Shown here piece after piece: positions 61,085 through 64,000 of a stretch of DNA of 64,000 bases. The notes under the pieces are model-generated. The model was given only the letters and a program-made list of their open reading frames with translations. It ran no database searches and was not told the DNA's origin. The stretch is taken from the NCBI GenBank assembly GCA_017630195.1, contig JAGBVS010000021.1, positions 39,262-103,261 of the forward strand, read 5' to 3'. Both the position numbers and the translations under genes were made by a program. Every line of letters starts with the position of its first letter. The first letter of the stretch is position 1. The DNA is from Bacteroidales bacterium (GTDB lineage: Bacteria > Bacteroidota > Bacteroidia > Bacteroidales > F082).

Positions 61085-62866
61085 ATGATAGAATTAACAG
61101 ATTTAAAATTTAATACATGTGCTTATTTTTATAAGATAAAAGAAGGATGTTTGATTACAGACAATGAAATCAAACAAATGTTAATTGAAGTTACTTCCAC
61201 AAAAATAAGAAAATATCTATTTGATATATGTCGAGTAGAAAACAATGGAGTTAAGTATTCTCTTCGAATATTCAAGGACAAACCTAAAATGCCTGGATTT
61301 ATTGCTATTGAGGACAATAATTGGAAAGAACAAAAGATTGGTTACTATTTGTTTATAGAATATTCTAATCATGTTGCGATATTTAAAAAAAACTGTATAA
61401 TTCCCAAAGATATTTCATCAAAATTTGAAAGCATTAATTACAACAAATTAATTAATCTATATACTGACAACAACACAGAGTTTAAAAAAATAAACATGCA
61501 GAATCTAGATGGTTCTGATCATGCAATGCGTTTCAAATCATATGGAGCACTTAACTTAAAGGAAAATATTTCTCCAATAGGTGCTAGTCGTTACTATATC
61601 AGATCTCTAAAAGGTAATAACGGAAATGATCATTTTGCTCTGACATTGAATACATCTAAAATACATGATTTTAAAGACATCTATACTTTGGATGAAATAT
61701 GCAAATGGGTAAAAGCAACTATTGATAAATTGAATGATAATAATATCGTTGCTTCAGATTTTCTCAATATCTTTGCTAAACCTGTAAAATATGAGGATAT
61801 ATATAATAATCTTCAGCCAACTTCTCTTCTGTTATTTACCGATTTAATAATGTTGCTAATAGATAAAGGTGCTAAATTTTCTTATTGTGATAAAAACAAA
61901 ATAATAAGTAATAAAGTGCTTTGTAGAGGATTAAGCATGGTACAACGTTGTTTCGAATCCGTAAATCGAGAAGATAAGGACGGTAAGATTTATTATTATA
62001 CGGGGCATAATAACTGTATTGAAATTAAATTACTTAAATCAGGCATCAAACTCATAAATTCAAAATGGGATAATATATCAATTAGTGAAACACCTGATGA
62101 AGAGTACGATGGAACGTTGTTAGATTTAATAAATAAAAATTCATTATTTAATCTTTATTTTACAGATACAGAATTAATATATAATAATCGCGTTTTATTC
62201 AGAGATACAAAGTTGTTGAGCAGCGCATATCATTTCCTTGATATATTAAAAGTTAGAATGAACGGAGAATTTTTATATGAAAAGCATAAAAAAAGTTCTC
62301 CTCGAGACTTAGAAAATTGGCACGAGCATAGTATTTTTAAATATGTAGAATCAACTTTTATGCCCGAGTATAGATATTTCATATGTGATGATTGTGGAAT
62401 AGAATGGGCTGATCACATTGGAATATCAGAAAATAGAATCACATTTTTCATTGAAAAGCATAAAACATCGCTGGATTCGGCATCGGATTTTCAAGATGTC
62501 GTTGGACAAGCTTTAAAAAATATAGCTAACCTTATGCCTTCAAAAAATCAATTAGATGAGAAACGAGAACTATGGAATATGAACTACTTAACATCGAATA
62601 TTCCAAGATTTAGGTCTAGAGAAGGTAATGTTAATGATGCTATTAATGAATGGTTAAAGAATAATCAAAGACCTAATTGTCAACGAGAGATATGTCTGGT
62701 TGTAGACTTTATAGAAAAGGAAAGATTTAAAAACCAACTCGAATCACTTATGAATGAGCAAGAAATTGATCATGAAGCAGAATTGAGAATGAGACTTTGG
62801 CTATTATCTTCATTTGTAAATACATGTCTGGAATATGGAGTTACTCCATTGATTTATTGTCGTTAG
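61085..62866 (+). CDS. Uncharacterised 593-aa protein (candidate defence component)
   Basis: Clean ORF 55 nt downstream of hamB on the same strand with the same low GC. The only motif seen is FICDDCGIEWADHIGISENRITFFIEKHKTSLDSASDFQ, which loosely resembles the PD-(D/E)xK core. The overall layout vaguely recalls the sporadically distributed TIGR04141/DUF6119 family, but this is unverified. Confidence 0.5.
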   Translation: MIELTDLKFNTCAYFYKIKEGCLITDNEIKQMLIEVTSTKIRKYLFDICRVENNGVKYSLRIFKDKPKMPGFIAIEDNNWKEQKIGYYLFIEYSNHVAIFKKNCIIPKDISSKFESINYNKLINLYTDNNTEFKKINMQNLDGSDHAMRFKSYGALNLKENISPIGASRYYIRSLKGNNGNDHFALTLNTSKIHDFKDIYTLDEICKWVKATIDKLNDNNIVASDFLNIFAKPVKYEDIYNNLQPTSLLLFTDLIMLLIDKGAKFSYCDKNKIISNKVLCRGLSMVQRCFESVNREDKDGKIYYYTGHNNCIEIKLLKSGIKLINSKWDNISISETPDEEYDGTLLDLINKNSLFNLYFTDTELIYNNRVLFRDTKLLSSAYHFLDILKVRMNGEFLYEKHKKSSPRDLENWHEHSIFKYVESTFMPEYRYFICDDCGIEWADHIGISENRITFFIEKHKTSLDSASDFQDVVGQALKNIANLMPSKNQLDEKRELWNMNYLTSNIPRFRSREGNVNDAINEWLKNNQRPNCQREICLVVDFIEKERFKNQLESLMNEQEIDHEAELRMRLWLLSSFVNTCLEYGVTPLIYCR

Positions 62867-63150
62867 ATTTATGCTTAATTAGGGAACGATATACATGTTT
62901 ACACCAAACTATAATTTTAAATGGCATCATCCATAATTTTGAGGTAGGTTTATCGTGAATAAAAATAGTTACTGCTTCATAATATAAACAAAAGAACTCC
63001 ACTAATTTCAATGGAATTCAATATGTTTTAGGTTCATTTAAATTTTGAATAAAATCTTGATTTTGTGTAAACATACTATACCCCTACTCTATCTCTCTAT
63101 TTAAAACGATGTGTGATGAGTGGCATGGTGCAAAAGACAGAATCTTCCTC

Positions 63151-63987
63151 CTACACATCCAAATACAACCAACGCTTTTCTTTCCAAAGATTGTTGTCAA
63201 GGTCGCATATCTCCTGGCCGCCGAGCTCGAGCATCTTGTCATGGAAGTCTTTGTCGTGGCCTCGGACAAAGCTGTGGGTTAGCTCATGGATGCAGAGCGC
63301 CTCGAGACTCTTCTCGGGCAGCTGCACACAGCCGGCGCAGAATGTGACGTCGTGGGTATCAAAATCGTATAAAGCCCAAAATCCCCTGAGTGCCTTCACA
63401 ATGATGCAATTTCTGTACTGGACATTGATACGCTCCGACACTCTTTGCAGCACCTGCGGTATGACTACCTGCGCTCTCTTGAATATCACCTCCTTCACCT
63501 TCTTGAGAATTGTCTCTTGAACATAGATGTAATTGAGATTGGCATTCTTAGGAAATGTGACGTAGCAGTCGCGGCCGTCGAGACGTGTGGTGTAACTGTC
63601 GCTGCTGCCTCTCGTTACCAGCAGCCTGAAATGGTGAGTGTCGAGTGTATAACCGTCATGAAACCTGTTCTTGCTGTCGCACGTCCACTCTTTGTTGACA
63701 CGCAGAATGTTCTCTTCGGCAAAGTAGAACAATTCGGCAAATGTGTCTTTCAGGTCACCAGACACGACAGTTTCGTTTATGTTATACCTCAACTGCGGGC
63801 TCTTCGGGCCATTGAGACTCTTCATAACTTTCACATTACCAATGCCGTCAATAAAACGGCTCATGCTGTTGCAATCCACAACATCCTTCAGTTGCTCTAT
63901 ACGCTCTTGTACCCATGCGCAAAACTTAGTGTTTCTTTTAGAATGACCGATATTGTTATAGGAGACCTGGTACAAGTCTTTTGCCAT
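63151..63987 (-). CDS. DUF45/YgjP-like (M48-type) zinc metallopeptidase
   Basis: LRGFWALYDF...VTFCAGCVQLPEKSLEALCIHELTHSFVRGHDKDFHDKM contains an HExxH...H..F motif as in DUF45. GC content here is much higher than in the preceding island. Confidence 0.7.
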   Translation of the reverse strand: MAKDLYQVSYNNIGHSKRNTKFCAWVQERIEQLKDVVDCNSMSRFIDGIGNVKVMKSLNGPKSPQLRYNINETVVSGDLKDTFAELFYFAEENILRVNKEWTCDSKNRFHDGYTLDTHHFRLLVTRGSSDSYTTRLDGRDCYVTFPKNANLNYIYVQETILKKVKEVIFKRAQVVIPQVLQRVSERINVQYRNCIIVKALRGFWALYDFDTHDVTFCAGCVQLPEKSLEALCIHELTHSFVRGHDKDFHDKMLELGGQEICDLDNNLWKEKRWLYLDV

Positions 63988-64000
63988 GAGCAGGTTTTTC

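Noticed and set aside
63113-63520. Plus-strand ORFs 63113..63520 and 63120..63347
   Set aside because: They lie antisense to the DUF45 peptidase gene in a GC-rich stretch, where long spurious ORFs are expected. Their translations are Ser/Arg/Pro-rich nonsense.

Overview
The window is AT-rich and looks like a Bacteroidota (Bacteroidales-type) chromosome. Supporting signs are TAnnTTTG -7 promoter boxes, a T9SS C-terminal sorting domain, lipoprotein signal peptides, and GH2/GH29 glycosidases. Positions 1-45410 are ordinary core genome: mutL, a BtuFCD-like ABC importer, kdsA, idi, ychF, parE, a MATE pump, ligA, aroC, a methionine gamma-lyase-like gene and mnmE. This part also holds a fucosidase, a giant beta-galactosidase, and a cobalamin-riboswitch-controlled TonB receptor plus beta-propeller lipoprotein operon. 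Positions 45411-64000 form a densely packed accessory/defence island that starts exactly at the stop codon of mnmE. An 18-bp copy of the mnmE 3' end recurs 7.2 kb downstream, which looks like an SGI1-like attB signature, but no integrase is present. The island contains the following, in order: (1) a DUF234-type ATPase; (2) a tRNA 3' fragment with its terminator; (3) an AbiH-like gene coupled to an uncharacterised 452-aa HNH-motif protein; (4) AbiEi/AbiEii; (5) an orphan CDP-alcohol phosphatidyltransferase; (6) a decayed XRE regulator; (7) a type IIS R-M system with two D12-class m6A methylases and an AlwI/BstNBI-family endonuclease; (8) Hachiman (HamA/HamB); (9) an unannotatable 593-aa protein directly downstream; (10) after a sharp GC jump, a DUF45-like metallopeptidase. 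The best candidates for undescribed systems are the AbiH-like/HNH gene pair and the 593-aa orphan fused to the tail of the R-M/Hachiman array. Several unusual non-coding features are also reported: a GC-rich interspersed element with a covarying hairpin, homologous terminator modules, word-like tandem repeats at gene ends, and shared promoter-upstream modules. All homology calls come from motif recognition by eye, and no database search was run.
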